Below, in pieces: positions 8,780 through 18,522 of a stretch of DNA of 64,000 bases. The translations under genes were made by a program, and so were the position numbers. This stretch comes from Oscillospiraceae bacterium (lineage in GTDB: Bacteria; Bacillota; Clostridia; Oscillospirales; Ruminococcaceae): positions 7,574 through 71,573 of the forward strand of contig JAVBNO010000019.1 in NCBI GenBank assembly GCA_031551485.1. The letters run 5' to 3'. How positions within the stretch are numbered: position 1 is the first letter of the stretch; each line of letters opens with the position of its first letter. The notes beneath the pieces were generated by a model. The model had not been told where the DNA came from. It searched no databases and saw nothing but the letters and a program-made list of their open reading frames with translations.

Positions 8780-11743
8780 ATGGAAACATTACATATCGGC
8801 TTGGATATCGGGTCGACTACCGTCAAGCTGATTGTCATTGACGAAAAAGCAAGGGTGCGCTTTCACTGCTACGAACGACATCATTCCAAAGTGCGGGAAA
8901 AAGCCCTTGAAATGTTAAAAGATGCGTTTACCCAGGTGGGCGAATGCAACGTGACCGTCGCCCTTTCAGGGTCGGCGGGCATTGGTGTGGCCAAAGAGAC
9001 GGGCATTCGCTTTTTTCAGGAAGTGTTTGCCACCAAGTTTTCTTGCCAGCGGCTGTTGGACCAAATTGACGTGGTGGTAGAGCTGGGGGGCGAAGACGCC
9101 AAGATCATCTTTCTGACCGGCGGTGGAGAAGAACGGATGAATGGCAGCTGCGCCGGCGGCACCGGCGCGTTTATCGATCAAATGGCCTCGCTGTTGTCAT
9201 TGTCCATTGACGAACTGGACGCGCTGAGCCAGCAGCACAACCAAATTTACAACATTGCGTCGCGGTGCGGCGTTTTTGCCAAAAGTGATATCCAGCCGCT
9301 GATCAACCAGGGAGCCAACAAAGCGGATATTGCCGCAAGCATTTATCAGGCCATTGTGGACCAGACCATCGCGGGATTGGCGCAAGGGCGGGAAATAAAG
9401 GGCCGGGTTGTGTTTTTGGGCGGGCCGTTGGCCTACCAAAAAGGCCTGCGGGACCGGTTTGTCGAGACCTTGCAGCTGGATGAAAAAACCGCCATATTCC
9501 CCAATTTAGCGGAATATTTTGTAGCGATGGGGGCCGCACTTTTGGGTAGTGACGGCGAGGCGCGCAGCTTTGCCGGTTTCATTGGCGACTTTGAAGAGGC
9601 TGTCCAGCACCGCCCCAACGCGGGGACATTGGCGCTGCCGCCGCTGTTTGCCGACGAGGGAGAATACGAGGTGTTCTGCAAGCGGCACCAAAGCGCTGGG
9701 GTGCGGAGCATTCCGCCGGCGGGGTACACCGGCGACGCCTACCTGGGCATTGACGCCGGGTCGACAACGACCAAACTGGCACTGATTACCCCGGAAGGGG
9801 CGCTTTTATACAGTTATTACTCCGTCAACAAAGGGGAGCCGCTGTCGATTATCCAAAACGAACTGAGCCGGATTTACGCGCTGTGCGGCGACCGTATTCG
9901 CATTTGCAGCACGGCGGTGACCGGTTACGGCGAAGAGCTGATGAAAAGCGCCTTTTCTTTGGATTTTGGCATTGTGGAAACGACTGCCCACTACTACGCC
10001 GCCCGCCGGTTTTCGCCAAAGGTGGAATTTATCCTAGACATTGGCGGCCAGGATATGAAGTGCTTTAAGTTGAAAAACGGCATTGTGGAATCGATTATGC
10101 TCAATGAAGCCTGCTCCTCCGGCTGTGGGTCGTTCATTGAGAATTTTGCCAGCGCCATGGGATATGGAACAGCCGATTTTGCCAAGGCGGGTCTTTTCGC
10201 CAAGCATCCTGTGGATTTGGGTTCCCGATGCACGGTGTTTATGAATTCCTCGGTGAAGCAGGCGCAAAAAGACGGCGCCACCGTTGCCGACATCAGCGCC
10301 GGGTTGGCGGCGTCTGTTGTCAAAAACCTGCTGTATAAAGTCATCCGGGCGGCCAATCCGGACGAACTGGGTCAATATATTGTCGTGCAGGGCGGCACCT
10401 TCCTGAATGACTGTGTGCTGCGGGCCTTTGAAATTGAAACGGGGCGGACGGTGGTGCGGCCCCAAATCGCCGGGTTGATGGGCGCTTACGGTGCGGCGCT
10501 GTATGCCATGGAAAACCGGCCCGCCCAATCCGGTTTGATTTCGAAAGCGGCGCTGGATGCGTTTACCCATACTTCCAGCACGATGGAATGCCACCGGTGT
10601 ACCAACCACTGCAAGCTCACCATCAACAAGTTCCAAAACGGACGGCATATCAGCGGCAACCGGTGCGACAAGCCGGTGCAGGCGGGCGGCATTGTAGAGC
10701 TGCCCAACGCCTATGCCTTTAAAATGGACTATCTAAACGGATTGCGGGTGGGACACAGCGCCCTTGCGCCTACGCCGCGGGGTCAAATCGGGCTGCCCAT
10801 GGGCCTTAATTTTTACGAATTGCTGCCCTTTTGGCACGCTATTTTCACCAGCCTTGGTTTCGAGGTGGTGGTATCGGGGCCTTCTTCCCGCAAGCTGTAC
10901 GCCAGCGGCCAATACACCATCCCTTCGGACACGGTGTGCTATCCGGCCAAGCTCATCCACGGGCATATGCAGCAGCTTTTGGACCAGGGCATCACAACCA
11001 TTTTTTACCCCTGCATGCCCTACAACTTTGACGAAGAGATGGGCGACAACCATTACAACTGCCCGGTGGTGGCCCATTATCCCGAGCTGCTGGCGGCCAA
11101 TATGACGGCGCTGGGGGGCGTTCGGTTTTTGTACCCCTATTTGGCGCCTCATCATCAAGAGGGTTTTGCCAAAAAAGCCGAGGCCTTTTTCAAGCGGGAG
11201 TTCGGCATTGGCCGCCGGGAAGTGGAAGCCGCCCTCCAGGCGGGCTATGCCGCCCACGACAGTTATATGGCGGCGGTGAAGCAGTTTGGGCAAGAGGCGC
11301 TTGTCCGGGCGGAAGAAGAGGGACGGACTGTGGTCATTTTGGCGGGACGGCCCTATCATGTGGATCCGGAGATCAGCCACGGCATCGACCAGCTGATTGT
11401 GGGGCTGGGGGCCGTGGTGCTTTCGGAGGACTGCGTCAGCGACGGGACCTACAACGAGAAAGTGTATGTGCTCAACCAATGGACCTATCATTCCCGGCTT
11501 TACAGCGCGGCGGAATTTGCGGGCAAGTACCGCGACGGGGTTCACAGGGCCGACATGGAGCTGGTGCAGCTGGTCTCTTTTGGCTGCGGGCTTGACGCCG
11601 TGACGTCGGATGAGGTAAAATCAATTTTGCAGCGATATGGAAAAATTTACACACAGATTAAAATAGACGAGATCAACAATTTGGGCGCGGCAAAAATCCG
11701 GCTGCGCAGTTTGTTGGAAGCATTAAAGAGAAAGGAGGCCTAA
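8780..11743 (+). CDS. Double BcrAD/BadFG-type ATPase ('CoA-substrate-specific enzyme activase') fused to a dehydratase-like C-terminal domain
   Basis: Two ASKHA phosphate-1 motifs (GLDIGSTTVK at the N-terminus, GIDAGSTTTK around aa 325). Cys cluster CHRCTNHC...GNRC at nt 10584-10680. The C-terminal roughly 400 aa resemble a 2-hydroxyacyl-CoA dehydratase component. Confidence 0.8.
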   Translation: METLHIGLDIGSTTVKLIVIDEKARVRFHCYERHHSKVREKALEMLKDAFTQVGECNVTVALSGSAGIGVAKETGIRFFQEVFATKFSCQRLLDQIDVVVELGGEDAKIIFLTGGGEERMNGSCAGGTGAFIDQMASLLSLSIDELDALSQQHNQIYNIASRCGVFAKSDIQPLINQGANKADIAASIYQAIVDQTIAGLAQGREIKGRVVFLGGPLAYQKGLRDRFVETLQLDEKTAIFPNLAEYFVAMGAALLGSDGEARSFAGFIGDFEEAVQHRPNAGTLALPPLFADEGEYEVFCKRHQSAGVRSIPPAGYTGDAYLGIDAGSTTTKLALITPEGALLYSYYSVNKGEPLSIIQNELSRIYALCGDRIRICSTAVTGYGEELMKSAFSLDFGIVETTAHYYAARRFSPKVEFILDIGGQDMKCFKLKNGIVESIMLNEACSSGCGSFIENFASAMGYGTADFAKAGLFAKHPVDLGSRCTVFMNSSVKQAQKDGATVADISAGLAASVVKNLLYKVIRAANPDELGQYIVVQGGTFLNDCVLRAFEIETGRTVVRPQIAGLMGAYGAALYAMENRPAQSGLISKAALDAFTHTSSTMECHRCTNHCKLTINKFQNGRHISGNRCDKPVQAGGIVELPNAYAFKMDYLNGLRVGHSALAPTPRGQIGLPMGLNFYELLPFWHAIFTSLGFEVVVSGPSSRKLYASGQYTIPSDTVCYPAKLIHGHMQQLLDQGITTIFYPCMPYNFDEEMGDNHYNCPVVAHYPELLAANMTALGGVRFLYPYLAPHHQEGFAKKAEAFFKREFGIGRREVEAALQAGYAAHDSYMAAVKQFGQEALVRAEEEGRTVVILAGRPYHVDPEISHGIDQLIVGLGAVVLSEDCVSDGTYNEKVYVLNQWTYHSRLYSAAEFAGKYRDGVHRADMELVQLVSFGCGLDAVTSDEVKSILQRYGKIYTQIKIDEINNLGAAKIRLRSLLEALKRKEA

Positions 11744-11749
11744 GGCGAA

Positions 11750-13141
11750 ATGGCGAAGTTGGTTTATGACGAGACAGGGCGGCTGCTTTTTACCAAGGAG
11801 ATGCAGGCGGAATATACCATTCTGATGCCCCAAATGCTGCCCATTCATCAAACGATGATGGAAGTGATTTTCCGGCGGCATGGCATTCGCATTGAACTTT
11901 TGCGCACCAATCACCAGGGCATTGTCACCGAAGGGTTGCAAAGTGTACATAATGACACCTGTTATCCGGCGCTCTTGTCTATCGGGCAATTGATGGACGC
12001 CGTCAAAAGCGGCATTTACGACACCAACCGCATTGCCGTCATGATTACCCAAACGGGCGGTGGTTGCCGGGCTTCCAATTATATTCATTTGCTGCGCAAA
12101 GCGCTCAAGCGGCATAATCTGGAGCATATTCCGGTGGTGTCGTTCAGCATTGTGGGCATGGAGAAGAATCCGGGCTTTGTCCTTACCCCCAAGCTCATTT
12201 ATGAATTGGCCTTTGCCGTCGCCTATGGCGACTTACTGATGGCGGTGTCCAACCAAATTCGGCCGTATGAGCTGGAGAAAGGGCGCACCGACGCCCTGGT
12301 GTGGGAATGGGTGGAGAAGCTGACCCGCAAGCCAATGGGTGTGACCCGGTATCGGCGGGATTTAAACGACATTATGCGCAGTTTTGCCGACATCCCCATG
12401 GAACGAACCGACAAGATCAAGGTCGGGGTTGTAGGCGAAATTTACGTGAAATATGCCCCCCTTGGCAACAACAATTTAGAGGCGTTTTTGCAAAGCGAAG
12501 GGGTCGAGGTCATTGTGCCGGGGCTTTTAAACTTTATCTTTTACAGCTGCAACGGCGGGGAAGCGGAGCGCCAAGAGCTGGGTATCCGCAACTGGGGCAA
12601 GCTTTTTACCAACGGTATTTTGCAGGCGGTGCTGCGGTGGATGGAAGCGGGCATTGTGAACTGCATGCGCCAATACAAGGACTTTACCCCGTTGGGCCGG
12701 TTCGAGGAGCTCAAGGGGTTGGTGCAAGGCTACAGCAGCCAATGCAACAAGATGGGCGAAGGATGGCTGCTGACCGCCGAGATGCTGGAGCTTTTGCACG
12801 GCGGTGTCCACAACATTGTATGTACCCAGCCGTTTGGCTGTTTGCCTAACCATATTGTGGGCAAGGGGATGATCCGCAAAATTCGTGAAACGCACCCCGA
12901 AGCGAGTATTGTGGCTATCGACTACGACCCGGGGGCCACGCGGGTGAACCAGGAAAACCGGATTAAGCTGATGTTGTCCAGCGCCACACTGTCGGCCCAG
13001 ACGCCGGAGCGCTTGTCAACCGTTTCGGTTTTGGCCGAGAGGCTGAAGACGACGGCGCAGCAGAAATTGACGGCGGCCTATGATCTTTTGGAAGGGCTGC
13101 CGGCCCAGGAGGAAAATCCTGCGGCTGCCGTGAGCAAGTAA
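11750..13141 (+). CDS. 2-hydroxyacyl-CoA dehydratase D-component-like protein (activase-associated)
   Basis: Starts 7 nt after the activase stop. Motifs CYPALLSIGQ and GGGCRASNY are typical of the HgdB/BcrB-like fold family. Confidence 0.7.
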   Translation: MAKLVYDETGRLLFTKEMQAEYTILMPQMLPIHQTMMEVIFRRHGIRIELLRTNHQGIVTEGLQSVHNDTCYPALLSIGQLMDAVKSGIYDTNRIAVMITQTGGGCRASNYIHLLRKALKRHNLEHIPVVSFSIVGMEKNPGFVLTPKLIYELAFAVAYGDLLMAVSNQIRPYELEKGRTDALVWEWVEKLTRKPMGVTRYRRDLNDIMRSFADIPMERTDKIKVGVVGEIYVKYAPLGNNNLEAFLQSEGVEVIVPGLLNFIFYSCNGGEAERQELGIRNWGKLFTNGILQAVLRWMEAGIVNCMRQYKDFTPLGRFEELKGLVQGYSSQCNKMGEGWLLTAEMLELLHGGVHNIVCTQPFGCLPNHIVGKGMIRKIRETHPEASIVAIDYDPGATRVNQENRIKLMLSSATLSAQTPERLSTVSVLAERLKTTAQQKLTAAYDLLEGLPAQEENPAAAVSK

Positions 13142-13157
13142 ATTAGAATACATATAT

Positions 13158-13197
13158 AAAACGCACATGACTTTTACAAAAGTCATGTGCGTTTTTT
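13158..13197. terminator. Bidirectional intrinsic terminator
   Basis: Perfect stem AAAACGCACATGACTTTT / AAAAGTCATGTGCGTTTT with A-run and T-run flanks, between convergent genes. Confidence 0.8.
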
Positions 13198-13486
13198 GGG
13201 CTAGGAAGATATGGGGGGCCAGGGAGCTTTCACGATAAAACAAGCCCGCCATCAATGTCGATATTTAATAGCGGTACAGCAGGGGGACAGCCGCTCTGGG
13301 AGGCATATAGCATGTCGCTCAATCCGCGACGGGCTCAACCTTTTTGGCGCAAAAAGTATGCAAAAACATTTTCTGGGGGAACCACATCCTTAGGGCGAAA
13401 ACACACATGCACAGGAAACGCCAGCCTGGCAGGAGAACGGTTTTGGGTCTGATCTGGGGTGCGAATGAAAGCGAGGCCGATGCAAT

Positions 13487-14773
13487 TTACAGAATGCGGA
13501 CGCCGCCCAAAGGACGAATGGAGAGAATATGGCAGCTGCCGGGGCCAAAGACCGATTCGATCATGCCCTGGTAGGCGTTAAGGCAGTCGGCGGGGATGAA
13601 GGCCTGAATCGTACCCGCAAAACCGCCGCCATGGACGCGGCAAGCCCCACGGCCCGCGGCTTGCCGGGACAAAAAGCGGCGGGTGAGGGCAAGCCCCACG
13701 GCGACTTCCTGGCGGGCGGGCGTGGCGGCGACGCTTACATTTTGCAGGTACATATAGGAAGAGTCGCCGGAGGCGTCCACCAGGGAAAGAAAACGGGGGA
13801 AGTCGTTTTGGCGCAAGGCGTCCGCCTCTTGGGCCGCCCTGTCGTTTTCGGCCATAAAGTGGATGGCCCGCAGCAAAGCACGGTCGCCGCACTTGGCCCG
13901 GATGGCGTTTATATTGGCGTCCAGCTGGGCGTCGGTACAATCCCGCAGCACTTCTCCCCCCATAACGGCGGCGGCGGCTTTCATTTCGCCGGGGATGGCG
14001 GCATATTCGGGGGTGAGGTTTTGGTGGTCGCCTTTGGTATCCACAATGCACAGGCAATAGCCGGTGGCGGCAAAATCGAAGTCGATTTTTTCCACGGCAG
14101 GGTCTTTGGTGCTTTGAAAGTCAATGGCCACCATGGCGCCCACAGAGGAGGCCATCTGATCCATGAGGCCGCAAGGCTTGCCAAAAAAAACATTCTCCGC
14201 CTGTTGGCCCATTTTGGCGGCTTCAACGGCAGAAAGCCGGCCCTCGTTGTAAAGATGGCTGTAAATGTTGCAGCACAGCACCTCGAAGGCGGCGCTGGAA
14301 GAAAGGCCGGAACCCTTGAGGACATTGGAGGTGGTGTAGGCGACAAAGCCGCCAATTTGGTAGCCGGCCGTCTGCATAGCGGCAGCGGTGCCCCGAATGA
14401 GGGCGGTGGACTGGCCGTATTCGTCTGCGGAAGGGGAAAGATTTCCCAAGTCCACCTGATCTTCGGGAAAGCCTTCCGACCAAAGAATGGCGGTGGCGCC
14501 GGCTGCTGGGGCCACCACGGCCAGAATATCCAGGTTGACGGCGCCGGCCAACACACGGCCGTGCTGGTGGTCGGTGTGGTTGCCGCCAATTTCGGTGCGG
14601 CCGGGGGCAGAAAGCAATATGACATCCTCCCGGTCGCCAAAGCGGGCGGTAAACTGAGCGACGGCGTTCAGGACACGCCCCTTGACGGCGGCATCGGCAC
14701 TGCCGTAAACACGGGTTAGCTGGGCGTCGGCCCCGCCGGTTTGGATGAGATGGGACAAAGCGCTTGTATTCAT
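13487..14773 (-). CDS. galK: GHMP-family sugar kinase, galactokinase-like
   Basis: Motifs APGRTEIGGNHTDHQHGRVLAGAV and GSGLSSSAAFE (GHMP motif). The start at MNTSAL is preceded by GGAGGG; the longer ORF start at 14809 lacks a ribosome-binding site. Confidence 0.8.
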   Translation of the reverse strand: MNTSALSHLIQTGGADAQLTRVYGSADAAVKGRVLNAVAQFTARFGDREDVILLSAPGRTEIGGNHTDHQHGRVLAGAVNLDILAVVAPAAGATAILWSEGFPEDQVDLGNLSPSADEYGQSTALIRGTAAAMQTAGYQIGGFVAYTTSNVLKGSGLSSSAAFEVLCCNIYSHLYNEGRLSAVEAAKMGQQAENVFFGKPCGLMDQMASSVGAMVAIDFQSTKDPAVEKIDFDFAATGYCLCIVDTKGDHQNLTPEYAAIPGEMKAAAAVMGGEVLRDCTDAQLDANINAIRAKCGDRALLRAIHFMAENDRAAQEADALRQNDFPRFLSLVDASGDSSYMYLQNVSVAATPARQEVAVGLALTRRFLSRQAAGRGACRVHGGGFAGTIQAFIPADCLNAYQGMIESVFGPGSCHILSIRPLGGVRIL

Positions 14774-15020
14774 AAAACACCCTCCATTGCAGCCGATTTT
14801 GGGCTGCATCTGGCATTATTATAGTACAAGAACCGGCGGGGGGGCAACTGTTTCCCATGACTGTAAAGAATTTTAAGGGTATGTCACATAAAAATCTATC
14901 GTATTTTGACAAAAGAAGGGCTATGATAAAAATGCCTATTGGAAAGGATTGGATTGGTAAGCGGGTGAAGGAGGGCACGGAACTGAAATGCCCCATAGTA
15001 GCCCTTAGGAGGAATCTTTA

Positions 15021-16043
15021 ATGAAAAGATGGTTTGCAATTGCGATGGTTGTAGTTCTGGTTTTCTCGCTGGCTGCTTGCGGCAGCGGCAGCCCCGCCCC
15101 CTCTTCGCCCTCGGAAGTTGCCAGTATTTCCGAAGTTGTTCCCAAAGTGATCAAAATCGGTGTTTGCATCTACAAATTTGACGACAATTTTATGGCCATC
15201 TACCGCAGCGAGTTGGAGAAGTACATCAAGAGCCTTGAGACCGATGCCGTTCAATACGATATTACAATTGTTGACGGTAAAAACGACCAGGCCGAGCAAA
15301 TCAGCCAGATCCAGGCCTTTATTGCCGACAAAGTGGATGTTCTCTTCGTCAACCTGGTGCATCGTGGCTCCGCTGCCGATGTGATCGCTCTTGTGAAAGC
15401 CGCGAACATCCCCACCGTTTTCATTAACCGCGAGCCTTCCGAAGAAGACATGGGTCTGTGGGACCGCATCAGCCATGTTGGCGCCGATGCACGCCAGTCC
15501 GCCATCTTCCAGGGCGAAATGATCAATGCGTTGCCCGACAAAGGTGACATCAACGGCGACGGCGTTGTCGGCTGTATGCTGGTCAGGTGTTTTCAAGACA
15601 GCGGGTTAGATCCCATGATCTATGATCGCACCATCACAACAGTCACCGATTCCGGCATGCAGGTGAACATATTTGATGTTCTGCGCGGCGTGGACACACA
15701 AGACAAATCCAGAGAGGCCGTTGCCTTGGTGCTGGCCAAGTATGGCAAAGCCGTTGAGGTTGTTTTTTGCGACAATGATTTGAGCGCGTTGGGCGCCAAA
15801 GAGGCTATTGACGATGCCGGCCGTATTGTCGGCAAAGACATCTACCTTGTCGGTATTGACGCACTTGACGAAGCTGTCGAGCTTGTCCAGAATGGCGACA
15901 TGACCGGTACCATAAAAAACGATCTTGAAGGCCAGGTGCATCAAGCGGCTGAGACAGCTCTTATGATGGTCGATGGCCGCCCTTTTGAAAAATATTATTG
16001 GATTGACTATATTAAAATTACACCATCAAGCTCGGCTGCATGA
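15021..16043 (+). CDS. Galactose/glucose-binding-protein-like lipoprotein, paralog 1 (divergent ligand pocket)
   Basis: LAAC lipobox. Conserved CIYKFDDNFM, VNLV, FINREPS and DINGDG (Ca loop) motifs. The central segment is rewritten (VRCFQDSGLDPMIYDR) and the stacking Trp is lost (LRGVDTQD). Confidence 0.8.
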   Translation: MKRWFAIAMVVVLVFSLAACGSGSPAPSSPSEVASISEVVPKVIKIGVCIYKFDDNFMAIYRSELEKYIKSLETDAVQYDITIVDGKNDQAEQISQIQAFIADKVDVLFVNLVHRGSAADVIALVKAANIPTVFINREPSEEDMGLWDRISHVGADARQSAIFQGEMINALPDKGDINGDGVVGCMLVRCFQDSGLDPMIYDRTITTVTDSGMQVNIFDVLRGVDTQDKSREAVALVLAKYGKAVEVVFCDNDLSALGAKEAIDDAGRIVGKDIYLVGIDALDEAVELVQNGDMTGTIKNDLEGQVHQAAETALMMVDGRPFEKYYWIDYIKITPSSSAA

Positions 16044-16145
16044 AAAGCGGTGGAAGCGCTTATTGGAAAGGGTTGAATTGGTAAGCGGATGACGGAGGGC
16101 ACGGAACTGAATGTCCCCATAGTAGCCTTTCAGGAGGAATCTTTG

Positions 16146-17168
16146 ATGAAAAGCCTGCTTGCGATTGCGATGGCTGCGGTTCTGGTTTTCTCGCTGGCTG
16201 CCTGTGGAGGCAGCAGCCCCGCACCATCTCCGTCTTCGGAAGTTGCCAGTATTTCCGAAGTTGTTCCCAAAGTGATCAAAATCGGTGTTTGCATCTACAA
16301 ATTTGACGACAATTTTATGACCGTCTACCGCAGCGAGTTGGAGAAGTACATCAAGGGCCTTGAGACCGATGCCGTTCAATACGATATTACAATTGTTGAC
16401 GGTAAAAACGACCAGGCCGAGCAAACCAGCCAGATCCAGGCCTTTATTGCCGACAAAGTGGATGCTCTCATCGTCAACCTGGTGCAAGTCAGTGCAGCCG
16501 GTGATGTGATTGCTCTTGTGAAAGCCGCGAACATCCCCACCGTTTTCATTAACCGCGAGCCTTCCGAAGAAGACATGGGTCTGTGGGACCGCATCAGCCA
16601 TGTTGGCACACAATGGCAGCAAAGTGGGGCTTTTCAAGGTGAAATGATCAACGGGCTGCCCGACAAAGGGGACATCAACGGCGACGGTGTTGTCAGCTAC
16701 CTTGTTGTCCGGGGTACGCCTGAAAGCACGGACGATCCGACGCGTCATGAATGGGCGATCCACGTTGTTGCCTCTTCCGGTATGCCGGTGCGGGAACTTG
16801 CTGTTGTACGCGGGGAGTGGGTTCAAAGCACAGCCCAGGAAGCCGCTGCGTCAGCGCTGGCCCGGTACGGCAAAGACATTGAAGTTATTTTTTGCGACAA
16901 TGATGAAATGGCTCTGGGCGCCAAACAGGCAATCGACGATGTCGGCCGTGTTGTCGGCCAGGATATCTACCTTGTCGGCGCTGACGCCCTTGACGAAGCT
17001 GTCGAGCTTGTCCACAATGGCGGCATGACCGGTACCGTGAAGAATGATATTGAAGGTCAGGCGTGTAAAGCGGTGGATATTGCCCTGCTGATGGTCGATG
17101 GCCGCTCTTTCGAAAAGTATTATATGATTGACCAAATCAAAATCGTGAACGCAAGCCCGGTTTCATGA
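16146..17168 (+). CDS. Galactose/glucose-binding-protein-like lipoprotein, paralog 2
   Basis: AGGAGGAA ribosome-binding site 7 nt upstream of ATG 16146 and a LAAC lipobox. Pocket positions are partly retained (GTPESTDDPTR, GEW, CDND, GTVKND). Confidence 0.85.
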   Translation: MKSLLAIAMAAVLVFSLAACGGSSPAPSPSSEVASISEVVPKVIKIGVCIYKFDDNFMTVYRSELEKYIKGLETDAVQYDITIVDGKNDQAEQTSQIQAFIADKVDALIVNLVQVSAAGDVIALVKAANIPTVFINREPSEEDMGLWDRISHVGTQWQQSGAFQGEMINGLPDKGDINGDGVVSYLVVRGTPESTDDPTRHEWAIHVVASSGMPVRELAVVRGEWVQSTAQEAAASALARYGKDIEVIFCDNDEMALGAKQAIDDVGRVVGQDIYLVGADALDEAVELVHNGGMTGTVKNDIEGQACKAVDIALLMVDGRSFEKYYMIDQIKIVNASPVS

Positions 17169-17473
17169 AAGCACAGTTTTCCATTGGGTGAGCCTGATCA
17201 TCCAAATGGGTCTGGAAACATGTTTCACCACGGAAAAGTTACAAAAGTATAACCTAAACGTTACTTTTTTGCATGATTTATGCGCATTTTGAATAATTTA
17301 CAGACATGTTTTTTTACATCGGCATAGAAATGCAAAGAAATTTTGAGCTTGATCGGAGAAAATTATATAGAGTTTCATTTTGCGAAAAGCTATAATCGTG
17401 TCGATGGCAACTGCGGCACAAGGTCGTTGTTGCGTGTCATTTGGTACTTCAAATTATAGGAGGAATTTTTAGC

Positions 17474-18493
17474 ATGAAAAAACTGCTTGCGATTGCTATG
17501 ATCGCGGTCCTGGTTCTCTCGCTGGCTGCTTGCGGCGGCACCACCCCTCCCGCCAGCACCCCCGACGCTTCTACCGCTTCCGAAGCTGCTCCCACCGCTG
17601 ATGCTAAAACCGTTAAAGTTGGCGTCTGCATTTACAAATTCGACGACAACTTCATGACTGTTTACCGCAACGAGCTGGAGAAGTACATGAAGAGCCTTGA
17701 GACCGATGCCGTTAAATACGATATTACGATCGTTGACGGCAAAGGCGACCAAGCCGAGCAAACCAACCAGATCAACACCTTCATTGCTGACAAAGTTGAT
17801 GTTCTGATCATCAACCTGGTGCAATCCACCTCTGCTGGCGCTGTGATTGATCTTGTCAAAGCTGCTAACATCCCCACCGTTTTCATTAACCGCGAGCCCT
17901 CTGAAGAAGACATGGGCCTGTGGGACAAAATCACCTATGTTGGCGCCGATGCACGTCAGTCCGGCACCTTCCAGGGCGAAATCATCAACGAGCTGCCTGA
18001 CAAAGGCGACCTCAATGGCGACGGCACCATCAACTATGTTATGGTTATCGGCGATCCCGAGAACGTTGATGCCCAATACCGTACCGAGTTCTCCATCAAA
18101 GCTGTTACCGATTCCGGCATGAAAGTGAAAGAGCTTGTTGCCCAACGTGGTGACTGGGCTCAGGAAAAAGGCCAGGAAATCGTTGCCAGCGCATTGGCCC
18201 AATACGGCAAAGACGTTGAAGTTGTATTCTGCAACAACGATGCTATGGCTCTGGGTGCCAAACAGGCGATTGATGCTGCCGGCCGCACCGTTGGCCAGGA
18301 CATCTACCTTGTTGGCGTTGACGCCCTTGACGAAGCTGTTGAGCTTGTTAACGGCGGCGGCATGACCGGTACCGTTCTGAACGATGCCAATGGTCAGTCC
18401 CACACTGCTGTTGACGTTGCCATCAAGATGGTGAACGGCGAAGCATTTGACAAAAAATACGTCGTTGACTACGTTAAAGTTGTCAAGAAATAA
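17474..18493 (+). CDS. mglB: Galactose/methyl-galactoside ABC transporter substrate-binding lipoprotein, paralog 3 (closest of the three tandem copies to canonical)
   Basis: AGGAGGAA ribosome-binding site and LAAC lipobox. Motifs YKFDDNFM, INLV, GDPENVDAQYR, GDW, CNNDAMALGA, GVDAL and GTVLNDAN align with E. coli GGBP binding positions. Confidence 0.9.
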   Translation: MKKLLAIAMIAVLVLSLAACGGTTPPASTPDASTASEAAPTADAKTVKVGVCIYKFDDNFMTVYRNELEKYMKSLETDAVKYDITIVDGKGDQAEQTNQINTFIADKVDVLIINLVQSTSAGAVIDLVKAANIPTVFINREPSEEDMGLWDKITYVGADARQSGTFQGEIINELPDKGDLNGDGTINYVMVIGDPENVDAQYRTEFSIKAVTDSGMKVKELVAQRGDWAQEKGQEIVASALAQYGKDVEVVFCNNDAMALGAKQAIDAAGRTVGQDIYLVGVDALDEAVELVNGGGMTGTVLNDANGQSHTAVDVAIKMVNGEAFDKKYVVDYVKVVKK

Positions 18494-18522
18494 AGCTTTT
18501 TTCTCCTTTTAAGTTTATTCCG

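Larger units (their letters stand above)
14936..17175 (+). repeat. Tandem duplication, two units of about 1.12 kb, each an ~85-nt leader plus an mglB-like gene
   Basis: Leaders at 14936-15020 and 16061-16145 align (…ATTGGAAAGG.TTG.ATTGGTAAGCGG.TGA.GGAGGGCACGGAACTGAA…AGGAGGAATCTTT.ATGAAAAG). Long identical runs occur in the first ~470 nt of both genes, for example the identical 84-nt run starting TCGGAAGTTGCCAGTATTTCC. Confidence 0.9.

Noticed and set aside
13529-14719. 396-aa plus-strand ORF opposite galK
   Set aside because: It is antisense to a gene with clear GHMP kinase motifs. The product is Gly/Ala/Val-rich with no family resemblance.
17215-17226. Perfect palindrome GAAACATGTTTC as a CcpA cre site or GalR operator
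   Set aside because: Its centre is CATG rather than the CG core of the cre consensus TGWAANCGNTNWCA, and the flanks do not extend the symmetry. I kept it only as a note in the mglB copy-3 upstream region.
15018-18403. Three long minus-strand ORFs (15018-15596, 16026-16826, 17390-18403) mirroring the three mglB paralogs
   Set aside because: They are antisense shadows of the SBP genes. Their similarity to each other merely reflects the sense-strand duplication, and they carry no recognisable motifs.
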